A DNA stretch of 63,043 nucleotides, filler included, from Licmophora abbreviata (lineage: Eukaryota): the NCBI GenBank assembly GCA_900291995.1. It is 9 parts of 9 records of this genome, joined end to end, with 100 filler letters (N's around TTAATTAATTAA, not from the genome) between each part and the next. Parts side by side here need not be neighbours in the genome. Positions count along the whole stretch, not along the records: positions 21,638 to 23,603 come from OLMU01001390.1; positions 23,704 to 25,882 come from OLMU01001391.1; positions 25,983 to 31,063 come from OLMU01001392.1; positions 31,164 to 46,283 come from OLMU01001393.1; 5 more parts are not named here. One strand, 5' to 3'. A program made the position numbers and the translations under genes. The notes beneath the pieces were generated by a model, which was given only the letters and a program-made list of their open reading frames with translations, searched no databases and was not told the origin of the DNA. Of the stretch, positions 22,680-32,407 are shown piece by piece. Numbering within the stretch: the stretch's first letter is position 1; every line of letters starts with the position of its first letter.

Positions 22680-23603
22680 TCAATAGCTTATGCCATCGAC
22701 GACCTTGTATTGGACTACAAAATCGCCCCAGGTGGAGGTCGCCACAGAGATAAAGCCGTTGTTGTGAATGATCGGTTCGCCTTCAATGGGGACACCCGCC
22801 ACCTTCAAACTTTCCACGAATCTGTAGCCGTAGTCGGGACGCCCGACGCAGCCCACAGTAAGCGAGGCGATCTTCTGGCCTGGCTTCAATGTGTTCTTAA
22901 TACGAGACACTTCGACATCCTGCAGATCTGCAAGCGATGGGGCGCTATCGAGCATGTTCATGAGCATCCCAGCTTTCTCAAACTCGGTAAGAGGTTCCCC
23001 CTCACGAATTACAGGACCATGGCCAAACGAGAAGAATGATCCGTCCTCGACAGCGAAGTTTTCAGGGAACAAACCAGGCCGCAAAGCAATAAGCTTTTTG
23101 ACGGTCGCGCTGGATGCGAACGAGACAAAGAAGAAGTTTCGGTCCGAGTATTCCTTGCAGGTCGTGTACGCCTCGTCAATACTCATACCTGCGCGTGCAC
23201 ATCGAACGGCCTCACGGATAAAAGCGCCCTCGTTGAGCCCCCAGCCATGGGCGAAGACCTTAACATTCGCCCGTTGTTCCGGCGTCAGCATGTCGACGGC
23301 CGCAATGATATTCCGACCAAGAGCGCTCACGCGCTGGTCAGTGCCAAACGACACGACAAGCACAGGTTTTCCCTTGGCCAATGCTCCCAAGAGCTCGATC
23401 TTGATTTGCATGGGATTGGGTGCAGCCGTCGTGTATTGGATCGCAGTGTCCTCCTGCCGCTGCATGTTGAGGGCGTTGCATGTTTCCGAGTCCGTCGCGA
23501 AGCGCATATCGATTGGCTCTTGGGTTGTAGAAGGGACCGAGAACACGGGCAGAGTAACAAGATCGTCGGACATTTCGACCGACGAGAGAAAGACCGAGCA
23601 CAA
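22680..23603 (-). CDS. DegV/FakB-like fatty-acid-binding domain; 3' part of a gene whose 5' part lies in the gap (copy A)
   Basis: YTTAAPNP (like KTSQPSP), VLVVSFGTDQRVSALGRN..AAVDML (like ISSKLSGTYNSA), and GLNEGAFIREAVRCARAGMSIDEAY (like GLGLLVLEAA..A..G.S.EEI). Frame is open to the gap. Confidence 0.7.
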   Translation of the reverse strand: MCSVFLSSVEMSDDLVTLPVFSVPSTTQEPIDMRFATDSETCNALNMQRQEDTAIQYTTAAPNPMQIKIELLGALAKGKPVLVVSFGTDQRVSALGRNIIAAVDMLTPEQRANVKVFAHGWGLNEGAFIREAVRCARAGMSIDEAYTTCKEYSDRNFFFVSFASSATVKKLIALRPGLFPENFAVEDGSFFSFGHGPVIREGEPLTEFEKAGMLMNMLDSAPSLADLQDVEVSRIKNTLKPGQKIASLTVGCVGRPDYGYRFVESLKVAGVPIEGEPIIHNNGFISVATSTWGDFVVQYKVVDGISY

Positions 23604-23703
23604 NNNNNNNNNNNNNNNNNNNNNNNNNNNNNNNNNNNNNNNNNNNNTTAATTAATTAANNNNNNNNNNNNNNNNNNNNNNNNNNNNNNNNNNNNNNNNN
23701 NNN

Positions 23704-23774
23704 TCTGGTTGTTGTTGAAGAGTCTTCTTGACTAGGGATATCACCGGTAGAGTTGCTTCGGCTTCGGGGGGCAT
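23704..23774 (-). CDS. 5' end (MPPEAEATLPVISLVKKTLQQ...) of a gene running into the gap, probably the start of copy A
   Basis: ATG at 23774 with an open frame to the gap; same strand as, and directly upstream of, 22680-23603. Confidence 0.55.
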
Positions 23775-24958
23775 GCTCAAGGTGTTGTTTCTTTCTTGTG
23801 TTTTGATTTGCTTGTAATTTTTATGTCGATCTTTCTTTTATTTTTCGGCGCAAAAAACAATCCATTCGTGTCGACGACCGCCACCGCGTGTCTGTGTAGC
23901 CCGCGCGTGAAAGCAACCTTGAACCATTTTCATTTGACGTGACACGTCATCACACATCACACACAAACAGTACTGGACGCCCATAGTCTGGCCGCCGCAA
24001 GCTTTGAGATCGACGATCGACTGAGAAAAGCGGGTGGTGCCTGGCAGGAGGGGACTACAGTAGTCTACAGTTACGGCACCGGTAAATATATAAATTACAC
24101 TTTGTTGTAGGGTCAGGCACCGCACATGGTTTGCTTCATGACCCTACTCTACCCTGCGGGTATGATAATGCTTTGAATAAGTCAGCACGTATGATACGAG
24201 GTCGACACGAGGTCGACATTTTCAAATTTGCGAGCCAAGCATTGCTACGAGCTCGAAGCTGACCTCGCAAATAATGGTTGGGCCCCAGAAATCGATCCCT
24301 ATTCACTTTTACGATCCAATAACTTTTCTCTAAGGTACTTGTTAAAGTAAAGAAGAGAGCAGAGTACTTTCCATGGCCTTGGAGATCCTCGAATGGGTAA
24401 AACATATTCATCAAAAATATTTCGAGCTCTTGCACTAGCTTCCAGTGCTGTCAAAAGCTCGAGCTCCAGCTAAAAAAGCTTCACTTCACTTCACCTCAGT
24501 CTAACCGACCTCGGTTGCCGGACCGAGCGGGTGGCGGTCCCCTCCACGTATCGTAGCTTTTCTTCCTACGGCTACGCAAAAATCGGACCCCACTCAGACA
24601 CGGGCATCAAAAATCTCGAACCCTGTTTGGAACCGAGTGTGTGAAAGGGAGAGGTTGACTAATAAGCACCTTCGTTGCCTGACCAATATGCATTCGAAGG
24701 CTAAAAGTAGTCTATTATTTTGATGTAATAATCCCAAGGCATAGCACTCTCCTCTTGTAGCATTCCTTCGTCAACGATTGCTCTTGGCTTCGTCCAAGCG
24801 GAGCGAGGCGGACCGGCTCAGCTTTCCACGCCAGCACGATGGTGACTCGATGCTAAAAGGGGGACTGACGATAGACTCTAATAGAGATAGGTTGCTACTA
24901 GCTGGGGCGAAACATCTAGCTAGCCTCCAGGCATTCGTCGACCAGATAAACTTGAACT

Positions 24959-25882
24959 TCAACACGATATGCAATCGACGGCCTTGTACTGCACTACAAA
25001 ATCTCCCCAGTTGGAGGTCGCTACGGAGAGAAAGCCGTTGTTGTGAATGATCGGTTCGCCTTCAATGGGGACATTCGCCGCCTTCAAACTTTCCACGAAT
25101 CTGTAGCCGTAGTCCGGACGCCCTGCGCAGCCCACAGTAAGCGAGGCGATCTTCTGGCCAGGCTTCAATGTGTTCTTAATACGAGACACTTCGACTTCCT
25201 GCAGATCCGCGAGCGATGGGGCGCTATCGAGCATGCTCATGAGCATCCCAGCTTTCTCAAACTCGGTAAGAGGCTCCCCATCACGAATTACAGGAGCATG
25301 GCCAAACGAGAAGAACGATCCGTCCTCGACATCAAAATTTTCAGGGAACAAACCAGGCCTCCAAGCGACGAGCTTTTTGACGGTCGCGCTGGATGCGAAC
25401 GAGACAAAGAAGAAGTTTCGGTCCGAGTATTCCTTGCAGGTCGTGTACGCCTCGTCAATACTCATGTCCGCGTGCGCGCATCGAACAGCCTCGCGGATAA
25501 AAGCACCTTCGTAGAATCCCCAGCCGTGAATGAAGACCTTGATATTCGCCCGTTGTTCCGGCGTCAGCATGTCGACGGCCGCAATGGCATTCCGACCAAG
25601 AGCGCTAACACGCTTGTCCGTGCTAAACAACACCAGCAGAACAGGTTTTCCCTTGGCCAATGCTCCCAAGAGCTCGATCTTGATTTGCATGGGGTTAGAC
25701 GCAGCCGTCGTGTATCGGATAGCCGTATGCGCGTGCCGCTGCATGTTGAGGGCGTTGCATGTTTCCGAGTCCGTCGAGAAGCGAATATCAATTGGCTCCT
25801 GTGTCGTTGAAGGGACCATGAACACGGGCAGAGTAACAAGATCGTCGGACATTTCGACCGACGAGAGGACAACGGAACACAT
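24959..25882 (-). CDS. DegV/FakB-like domain, copy B (about 88% identical to copy A)
   Basis: Ungapped 307-aa alignment with copy A, about 35 substitutions counted by eye. It breaks at the same homologous position. Confidence 0.7.
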   Translation of the reverse strand: MCSVVLSSVEMSDDLVTLPVFMVPSTTQEPIDIRFSTDSETCNALNMQRHAHTAIRYTTAASNPMQIKIELLGALAKGKPVLLVLFSTDKRVSALGRNAIAAVDMLTPEQRANIKVFIHGWGFYEGAFIREAVRCAHADMSIDEAYTTCKEYSDRNFFFVSFASSATVKKLVAWRPGLFPENFDVEDGSFFSFGHAPVIRDGEPLTEFEKAGMLMSMLDSAPSLADLQEVEVSRIKNTLKPGQKIASLTVGCAGRPDYGYRFVESLKAANVPIEGEPIIHNNGFLSVATSNWGDFVVQYKAVDCISC

Positions 25883-26299
25883 NNNNNNNNNNNNNNNNNN
25901 NNNNNNNNNNNNNNNNNNNNNNNNNNTTAATTAATTAANNNNNNNNNNNNNNNNNNNNNNNNNNNNNNNNNNNNNNNNNNNNGAGACTACCAGGTCGATA
26001 GGTTTGCAAGGTTGAGGCCTGGGGGTCTTTCTCTCTTGCTGTGTTGTTGAAGGTACGACAAAAAGAGAATTCTAGCAGAAAAAGAGTTTCAGTTATCATC
26101 TCAATCTTCAATTTTCAATTTTCAATTCTATCTCGCATAATTCGAAATGTCAAAAAGATCGAATGTCGTGGCCCTCAGGCCCCTTTTGCACTTAACGTCG
26201 ATGCGATTGTGATTGTTGCTGTTGTTGATGCTGCTGCTGGTCATAGAGGCTACAGCATTCAATACTACTGTACAGTAAGAAAGAAAGCAAGAAAAGATA

Positions 26300-27650
26300 A
26301 TGTTGTCCACATCAACCATGCATGACATCCCGATAGCGTTGGAATTTGCATATTTTGCCCAAGAGCAAGCCACGTTCGACACGTTTGAGGACGTTGGCTT
26401 TGATCGTTTCGTTGTGCAGAGAAAAGCGCTGCTGAAAGAGATAATCGAAACTGCGAATCAATCCGCGTAAGTCAGTACATATCAGCGGATGTAAAGGGGC
26501 AGGGAAGACGACGTTACTCCACCAGCTTGGTCAACATATTACACAGCGCAGCCAGGAAGTCTACTTCTTTGCAAGCGCTAGTGAATTCAACATAGAATTT
26601 GTCAAAGGGCTTGGCGAGGTCGAAATGGGCGGTTTATTTGTAAGTGGACGAGACGCAAGAAAACCCATCGTCTGCATTGTTCGCGTTGCTTCTGAAGAAC
26701 ACCGCAGGACATAAGGACATAAAATCACTTTAATTGGAGCCGGCGTATTGACAAGCATGGGCAGCAGATAGACGTGCACACTGCTTTCAAGCTATGCTAA
26801 CCTTCTCTTTTCTCTCGTTATAAATCAAGGTTCCTACATTCGATTCAATGTTGGGGCGGTTCAAAAAGAAAATCACCGCTGATCGATTGTTTTTGAGCTC
26901 AGACGAAATGCTCATGACGGAGAATGTCGTGCGCTGTTCACCATGAATCCTCCCCGAATATCTTTGAAGGAGCTCCAGCGGTATGGTTTTTGTGACCAAG
27001 ACAACAAGGTCATTTCCCAGCTGTTATTTGATGCTTACGTTCAATCGATGTTTTGACCACACCATTTTCAAAGTCGATTAGAGCCTGGTGTCGTGGGAGT
27101 ACAGCAACTGCTGACGTTTGCATTGCCTCAGTTGAAATGGGAGCAGTATAACGCCCATGGAGGACCCGTTGAAGACGCGATGACGTTTGAATTGATGTTG
27201 ATCCTATCACGGATAACGCATCTTGGCACTCGACTCTTCAACCCAAGGATAACAAATTTCGCCGTTGGGAGAAAGCCTGGCATCTACGTGAACACATCCA
27301 TGGATGCTTTCGTTGAGGCTGTCTTAACCGCATCAAAGCTGCGATTCTGAACGGAAAAAACTCGACGAGCACATTTCCAGATTCTTTTGGGAAAAGTACG
27401 ATAAACCGCCCAAGCATGCCCCACCGCCTTACTAAAGTACCGGATTGCGCCGTCGGATTTTGCGATTCTGAACTACCAGAATTTCGGTACCGAGCCAATG
27501 CTACCTTTGGACCCTTTTTTTCAAGGACAGATCTTTGACGAACGAGTCTTCACCTTTCTGGTGACGTCTAAGGATGTCTACTTGAAGTACACGCGTCGGC
27601 GGTCCCTGAAAGCACGATCAAAGGAAGGCGGTGGTTTCCAGCGTTATTGA
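26300..27650 (+). pseudogene. Decayed Crinkler/RHS-type NTPase plus restriction-endonuclease-fold gene
   Basis: Across stops and frameshifts: SAARKSTSLQALV (degenerate Walker A-like), then GGPVEDAMTFELMLILSR..RKPGIYVNTSMDAFVEAVL..LDEHISRF..Y..DFAILNY..RVFTF. This matches the pattern of CR-REase C-termini. Confidence 0.5.
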
Positions 27651-28420
27651 TACCCCTTTAGCAGTCGATCGAAGCCTGCTCATGATTCATGACTGTGGAT
27701 ATGCAGCCTTAACATGGTTCCGCCCTCCTTTGCGGGAACACAAACGCAGGCGACTGTACCACCGCGGCCGTCCTTGTCGGGGTTTGCGACCGCGTTAAGA
27801 ACGGTCTACTTGCTACCAGGAGCACCCCCGCCTCCGTACAGTATCATACTTCGTATCCGCCACGGTATGGTCCACGTCGACATTCGCTTCTTCCTCGACG
27901 ACGACCCGTGCGGTCTTGAATAAAGACGGGACCGACGCCTCGGGGAGTTGTCCTCCTGAGGTGAGCATCATTCCGTCGACGAGGTAAACAAAACCCTGCG
28001 CACCAGAGTCGACTATGCCAGCCTCTTCCAGCACCTTCTGGCGTCGACAGCAAGCTGATGAGTCTCGGCGAGTTCAGAATTCACTCTCTTGGCCAAGCCT
28101 CGAGAAGGTCCTTTAGACAAGCGAAATGCCCATCTCTCTTCAGACCTACGGAGGCGTCTCAATTGACCGACAGGAGAGTGCCTTCCACCGGGTTAGCGAC
28201 GGCATCTTTCATGTTGCCCCCTTGTGGAACCATACCAGAGACGAGCGCCTCACCCCGTCGATCAGTGTCAACTCCCAAGGACTGACTTAGAGAGGCGCTG
28301 AAGACAACGCTCGACCTATCAAGCTTGAACTTGGATGAATAGCTCGTCGAGCTCTTCGTCGTCTTCATCTCGCTCTAGAAGAGTCTCCTTGACGAGTTTC
28401 GTCACAGTCGCTTCGCCTTC
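27646..28420 (-). pseudogene. DAK2/DhaL-domain fatty acid kinase A (FakA/YloV-like) pseudogene
   Basis: Across frameshifts and stops: AVANPVEGTLLSV, ELAETHQL, VLEEAGIVDSGAQGFVYLVDGM, KY-YCTE, MLRLHIHSHE. These match FakA AV.KPVEGTILTV, LKEAGVVDSGG.G, YCTE and KVHVHT. Confidence 0.8.
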
Positions 28421-28785
28421 CTGAGACTCGAGGACCCGCACTGTAGACTTGGCGGATCCTTTACTAATTTATTTAGCGTCTAGTCATACTTTCATAGATA
28501 CGTTGAAGGTCTTGCTCTCTGGCATGTTTAAAGAGGCCGAATTAGTAGAGTAATTTGCTGTTGTATTTTTGGACATTCACCATGTCGTAGGCACAGTCAT
28601 CAGGCGAACGCGGAGGTGATCTAAAGGTCTCGAGAGGAAAGTACCTGGAGCATCTTTTAGCTCCTTTTTAAACTCGAGAACCAGATAGGTACTCTTATTA
28701 TCTTATCATAGTCACGTTTCTACAATCTGTACTGACACTCCAAATCACGACTGGTCCTAGCTCTCCCTTTAGTTACGTTCCGTAA

Positions 28786-30912
28786 CTACATACTCCTCAT
28801 GGCATCGTCCAAGCGAAGCGCATCGGTCCAGCTTTCGACATCAGCACACTTGCTGTCGCCGATGCGGCTGCGCGCTTGCAGTCGGGCCAACGTAAGCCAG
28901 CGATGAAAGTCGTTTTCGCCAATCTCCGGCTCATTAGGGTTCTTCCGGGCTCGTTGATTGACTCGGCGCTCAACAAAATCCTGTTGCGCGCGGTCGAGCA
29001 GTTCTTTGGAGAAGGAAATGTTCGTGTCGTTGTTCTTCCCAGGGCTACGACAGTGAGACAAATACGAGCGGATCTGAGCAGCTGCAGCCTCGGTTAGATG
29101 CGCTATCTGCGCGGTGTCGTGTTCTGTTATGAAAACTGGCATACTCAGAGAGCATGGAAGGATCTTGCTCCCGTCCCTGGCACTGCGTCCGTCGGATACC
29201 GAGAGCACAATCACTCGGTAGTCCGCTTCAAAGGTGTACTTCATGCCGCCATCGAAACGATATGGAATAAAATGCGATTTTGTAAGGCAAGCCAAGGCTA
29301 GAAGCGTTTCCATTTCCAATGGAGACAAAGGTCCTTCCGATAGCGTCGCTTGATTAAAAACAAGCGCGGCACCTTGCGGCAACTGCAACGGCGACTCGAC
29401 CATTCGACCCTGCTCGTTCATACCAGGAGCTACAACTGCCTTGCCCAGAGTTTCGCGATCCAGTTCAAGGGACGCGGTGATCGGCACAACTGCCTGGAGA
29501 ACTCGTTCCAGAGTTTGCCGCAAGCGAGCGCACGACGCCGTGTCTGGCAACACAAGATTCAATGACGCACATCCCAAGGCTGTCTCCGACGGAGTCTTGA
29601 CGGGTGCCCAACTCGTTGAGTCACCGCTAGAAATTTCCTCGCGCTCTGCCAAGGACAAGAGAGTCATCAACAGTGCTTCTGCGACAACGAGATGACGCGC
29701 TGACGTATCCCCGAGGACATGCCGTGACAAAAGCTGAATCACATCCTCACGTGTGACTTGGGAAGCATCCACGTCCATGGCATCACTCAAGCTGTTTGTA
29801 ATTAAAGGGGGGTTCTCGCGACCAGATGATGCGCCACCGAGCTTCATCGTCCTGTAAGAAACGACATGAAGGCGTGGCAGGAGACTCGGTGGTGGAAGCA
29901 CTGCGCGCTGGAGAAAGGCATCGCCGAGATCGTCCAGCTCTACGCCTGTTTGGTTTCCAAAGTCCGCGTCCATGGGATCCATGAACAGCATTCCCACGAC
30001 TTCCACAACGTCGTTCAAGCGCAGTCGAGGCTTGTTGGAGGACGATTCATCCAAATCGTAGTACAGTTTGGCCAGCACAGGACATTGATTCGCATGACTA
30101 CCCATGCAGCCGGCCGGCCACCACTCGGGCGACGGAGCTCCAGAATCACCAGGCGCAGACGCAACGGGCGTGTCTTCGCTGCCTGAATCGTCCTCTCGAG
30201 CCGTGTCAGGTGTATCTGCATCACTGGTACGCTGTGCCTTGCATGAGACTGGGGGCGACTCGATTTGATCTCTCGGTGGCTCCTCGCGCTCTCGCTTGCC
30301 CTTGCTTTCAGTAGTTAGAGGTTGGCCTTCTGCAGAGACAGTCTTTGAAATTCGCTCGAAATTCCCAACCACAACCTCGTTTATGTTGTCAGAAGCATAC
30401 GGAATCGGCACAAGCAAGAGAGGCTGTCGCTCCGCCAAGTTGTGAGCCATATCGAGCTCCTCGTGCACGCTCGTACCGTTGGAGGCCGCCGGAAAGTAGT
30501 AGTCCCTGTAGTGCGTCTTGACCCCGTTGACTTGCGAAGCATAGTATTCGGTATCCAGCATGTCTTGGACCATGCCCACGTAGCGAACGAGAGTCGCACC
30601 GGCACTGCCGGCCTGGTGCTCGGGTGATTGGCGAAGCCACGTGCGATCCAAGTACGGAATGGCGGGAGACTGAAGGGAGCGAAAGTCAATGAAATGAGTT
30701 AGCGACGCTCTATGCTTCGATTCATGCTCGATATACACGATCCCGACCGACTCTTTTCTTACTTGTCCTTCAGTCATCTTGGCCCGGTCGCGACCCAATA
30801 CGTGCTGAATTTGGTGCATTTCTTCGGCCGCCACGTCTTCGCGCCCTTGCTGAATTTTTGCGACAAGTGAAGCCACAATCGAGCCGTCGTCGCATCCCGA
30901 GATAGCCACCAT
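28786..30912 (-). CDS. MCMBP: Mini-chromosome maintenance complex-binding protein
   Basis: LVRYVGMVQDMLDTEYY, RLNDVVEVVG, PPPSLLPRLH, AEALLMTLLS, LQLPQG, AQQDFVERR, FHRWLTLARL. Confidence 0.9.
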   Translation of the reverse strand: MVAISGCDDGSIVASLVAKIQQGREDVAAEEMHQIQHVLGRDRAKMTEGQVRKESVGIVYIEHESKHRASLTHFIDFRSLQSPAIPYLDRTWLRQSPEHQAGSAGATLVRYVGMVQDMLDTEYYASQVNGVKTHYRDYYFPAASNGTSVHEELDMAHNLAERQPLLLVPIPYASDNINEVVVGNFERISKTVSAEGQPLTTESKGKREREEPPRDQIESPPVSCKAQRTSDADTPDTAREDDSGSEDTPVASAPGDSGAPSPEWWPAGCMGSHANQCPVLAKLYYDLDESSSNKPRLRLNDVVEVVGMLFMDPMDADFGNQTGVELDDLGDAFLQRAVLPPPSLLPRLHVVSYRTMKLGGASSGRENPPLITNSLSDAMDVDASQVTREDVIQLLSRHVLGDTSARHLVVAEALLMTLLSLAEREEISSGDSTSWAPVKTPSETALGCASLNLVLPDTASCARLRQTLERVLQAVVPITASLELDRETLGKAVVAPGMNEQGRMVESPLQLPQGAALVFNQATLSEGPLSPLEMETLLALACLTKSHFIPYRFDGGMKYTFEADYRVIVLSVSDGRSARDGSKILPCSLSMPVFITEHDTAQIAHLTEAAAAQIRSYLSHCRSPGKNNDTNISFSKELLDRAQQDFVERRVNQRARKNPNEPEIGENDFHRWLTLARLQARSRIGDSKCADVESWTDALRLDDAMRSM

Positions 30913-31240
30913 ACTGTTTTATGAAACAGGGAGGAGAGGAAGCGCCAAAACGATAGTATAACAGTGGAATGATCGCGATGAACCTCGCACCACACCGCAA
31001 CCAAAGCAATGCTGTGACGTCGAGGCGTCGCGGATTGATTCAATTTTGATCTCAAATTGAAAANNNNNNNNNNNNNNNNNNNNNNNNNNNNNNNNNNNNN
31101 NNNNNNNTTAATTAATTAANNNNNNNNNNNNNNNNNNNNNNNNNNNNNNNNNNNNNNNNNNNNTATCATCATGAATCCGAGAAAATGTCAGGAAGGCCAA
31201 TTTCAAATTGAAAACCTTCCGTCATGAGGCAAAAGATTCA

Positions 31241-31254
31241 TTTTCGCGCCAAAA
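31241..31254. promoter_or_regulatory. E2F-like element TTTTCGCGCCAAAA on the upstream side of MCMBP (across a gap)
   Basis: Matches the overlapping double E2F consensus TTTSSCGC; similar sites at 50046-50058 and 57883-57896. Confidence 0.45.
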
Positions 31255-31780
31255 GTCTTGCGATGGACGGACGGTCCCGCAACTTTGCAACTCTTTGATG
31301 TGTGAAACACGAAATACGGGTCACTCTACCAATAAAATAGCTAGAGCACTCGATGCACGGCGAAAAGTCCATCGGCGTATATTCTGGGACGACGTGACAT
31401 GAAGTTGATTGATGGAGGAGTTCAAAAGAGAGCTATCTCCTTGAGCTAAGTCTTTTGCGAGCCCTTCTGTAGCTGCCAATTTGATACTCGTAGCTAAATG
31501 TAACCTGTCACTCGAACTCAATAAAGAATTGCTAGTAGCCCGGTGCGGAGCAATCAACAAGCTGCAGTTGCACTAAAACTTATTATTATTATACGCAAAC
31601 AGGGGCGAAGTTCGTATCTCAATTCAGAGCAGGTGACGAATTCCATCGGTTTTCCCAAACAATCCTTGACTATATATTGCCATATTGTGGCGACACGCGA
31701 GATCGAGCCACCCCGATCACGTCTCACGTTGCCGTCGTCTTTTGAACAGGCATTTCCCATCCCATCCTCACTAGCAGTCT

Positions 31781-31933
31781 CTAGTTCCCATGACTTGTTT
31801 CTGGACATCCGCAACAGACTCTACAGGGACAACAGGCTACAATGACCACGACGTCGTACAGTGCCGTCAGCAGGCCACACGCACAGTTCACCGGCAAGCA
31901 AAACAATCGACCGCAAGCGTCACAGGCGCACAT
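31781..31933 (-). CDS. 50-aa cysteine-rich hydrophobic microprotein (not in ORF track)
   Basis: MCACDACGRLFCLPVNCACGLLTALYDVVVIVACCPCRVCCGCPETSHGN*, with 12 Cys. CATCATC-ATG context and a CA-rich leader. Confidence 0.65.
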   Translation of the reverse strand: MCACDACGRLFCLPVNCACGLLTALYDVVVIVACCPCRVCCGCPETSHGN

Positions 31934-32407
31934 GATGATGAATGAGTTGAAATGGAGTAATTAGCAAGTAGTCTTGTTGTCGTTGTTGATTTTATGGGTA
32001 TCGACTGTGGTGCAGCAGCGCAATTCGATTCGCACTGGAACAACGTCGACTGATCGCTTTCCAACCTCCTCTCTGTGGGACTGAACTGCTTGTGACGATT
32101 TCGACCTGCACTTCTGGATCGATCTCGCGACTTCGTGAGCGTTGTCCGGGGCGACGGACTGACTTTCCCGCAAAAACACCATCGCCTGCCAGTAGAAAAA
32201 TAGAAAAATAGGCATTTTCAATGTTTCGATACTACTCGGAGCGCTAAGAAGTGAAAGTATGTACTATTCGAGGGCGCCCGACACAATCCGTCGTCGCCAA
32301 GTCTCTGTTTGAATGTAGGACCATGGGGAAGCAGCGGCGCCAGTGAAGCAATTTATCGCATAAGGCCATTCCTATTCGTTTTATAAAACAAAAGTGACGT
32401 GAGAACC

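Noticed and set aside
24136..24435. 99-aa minus-strand ORF between DegV copies
   Set aside because: Non-ATG start and no family motif recognised.
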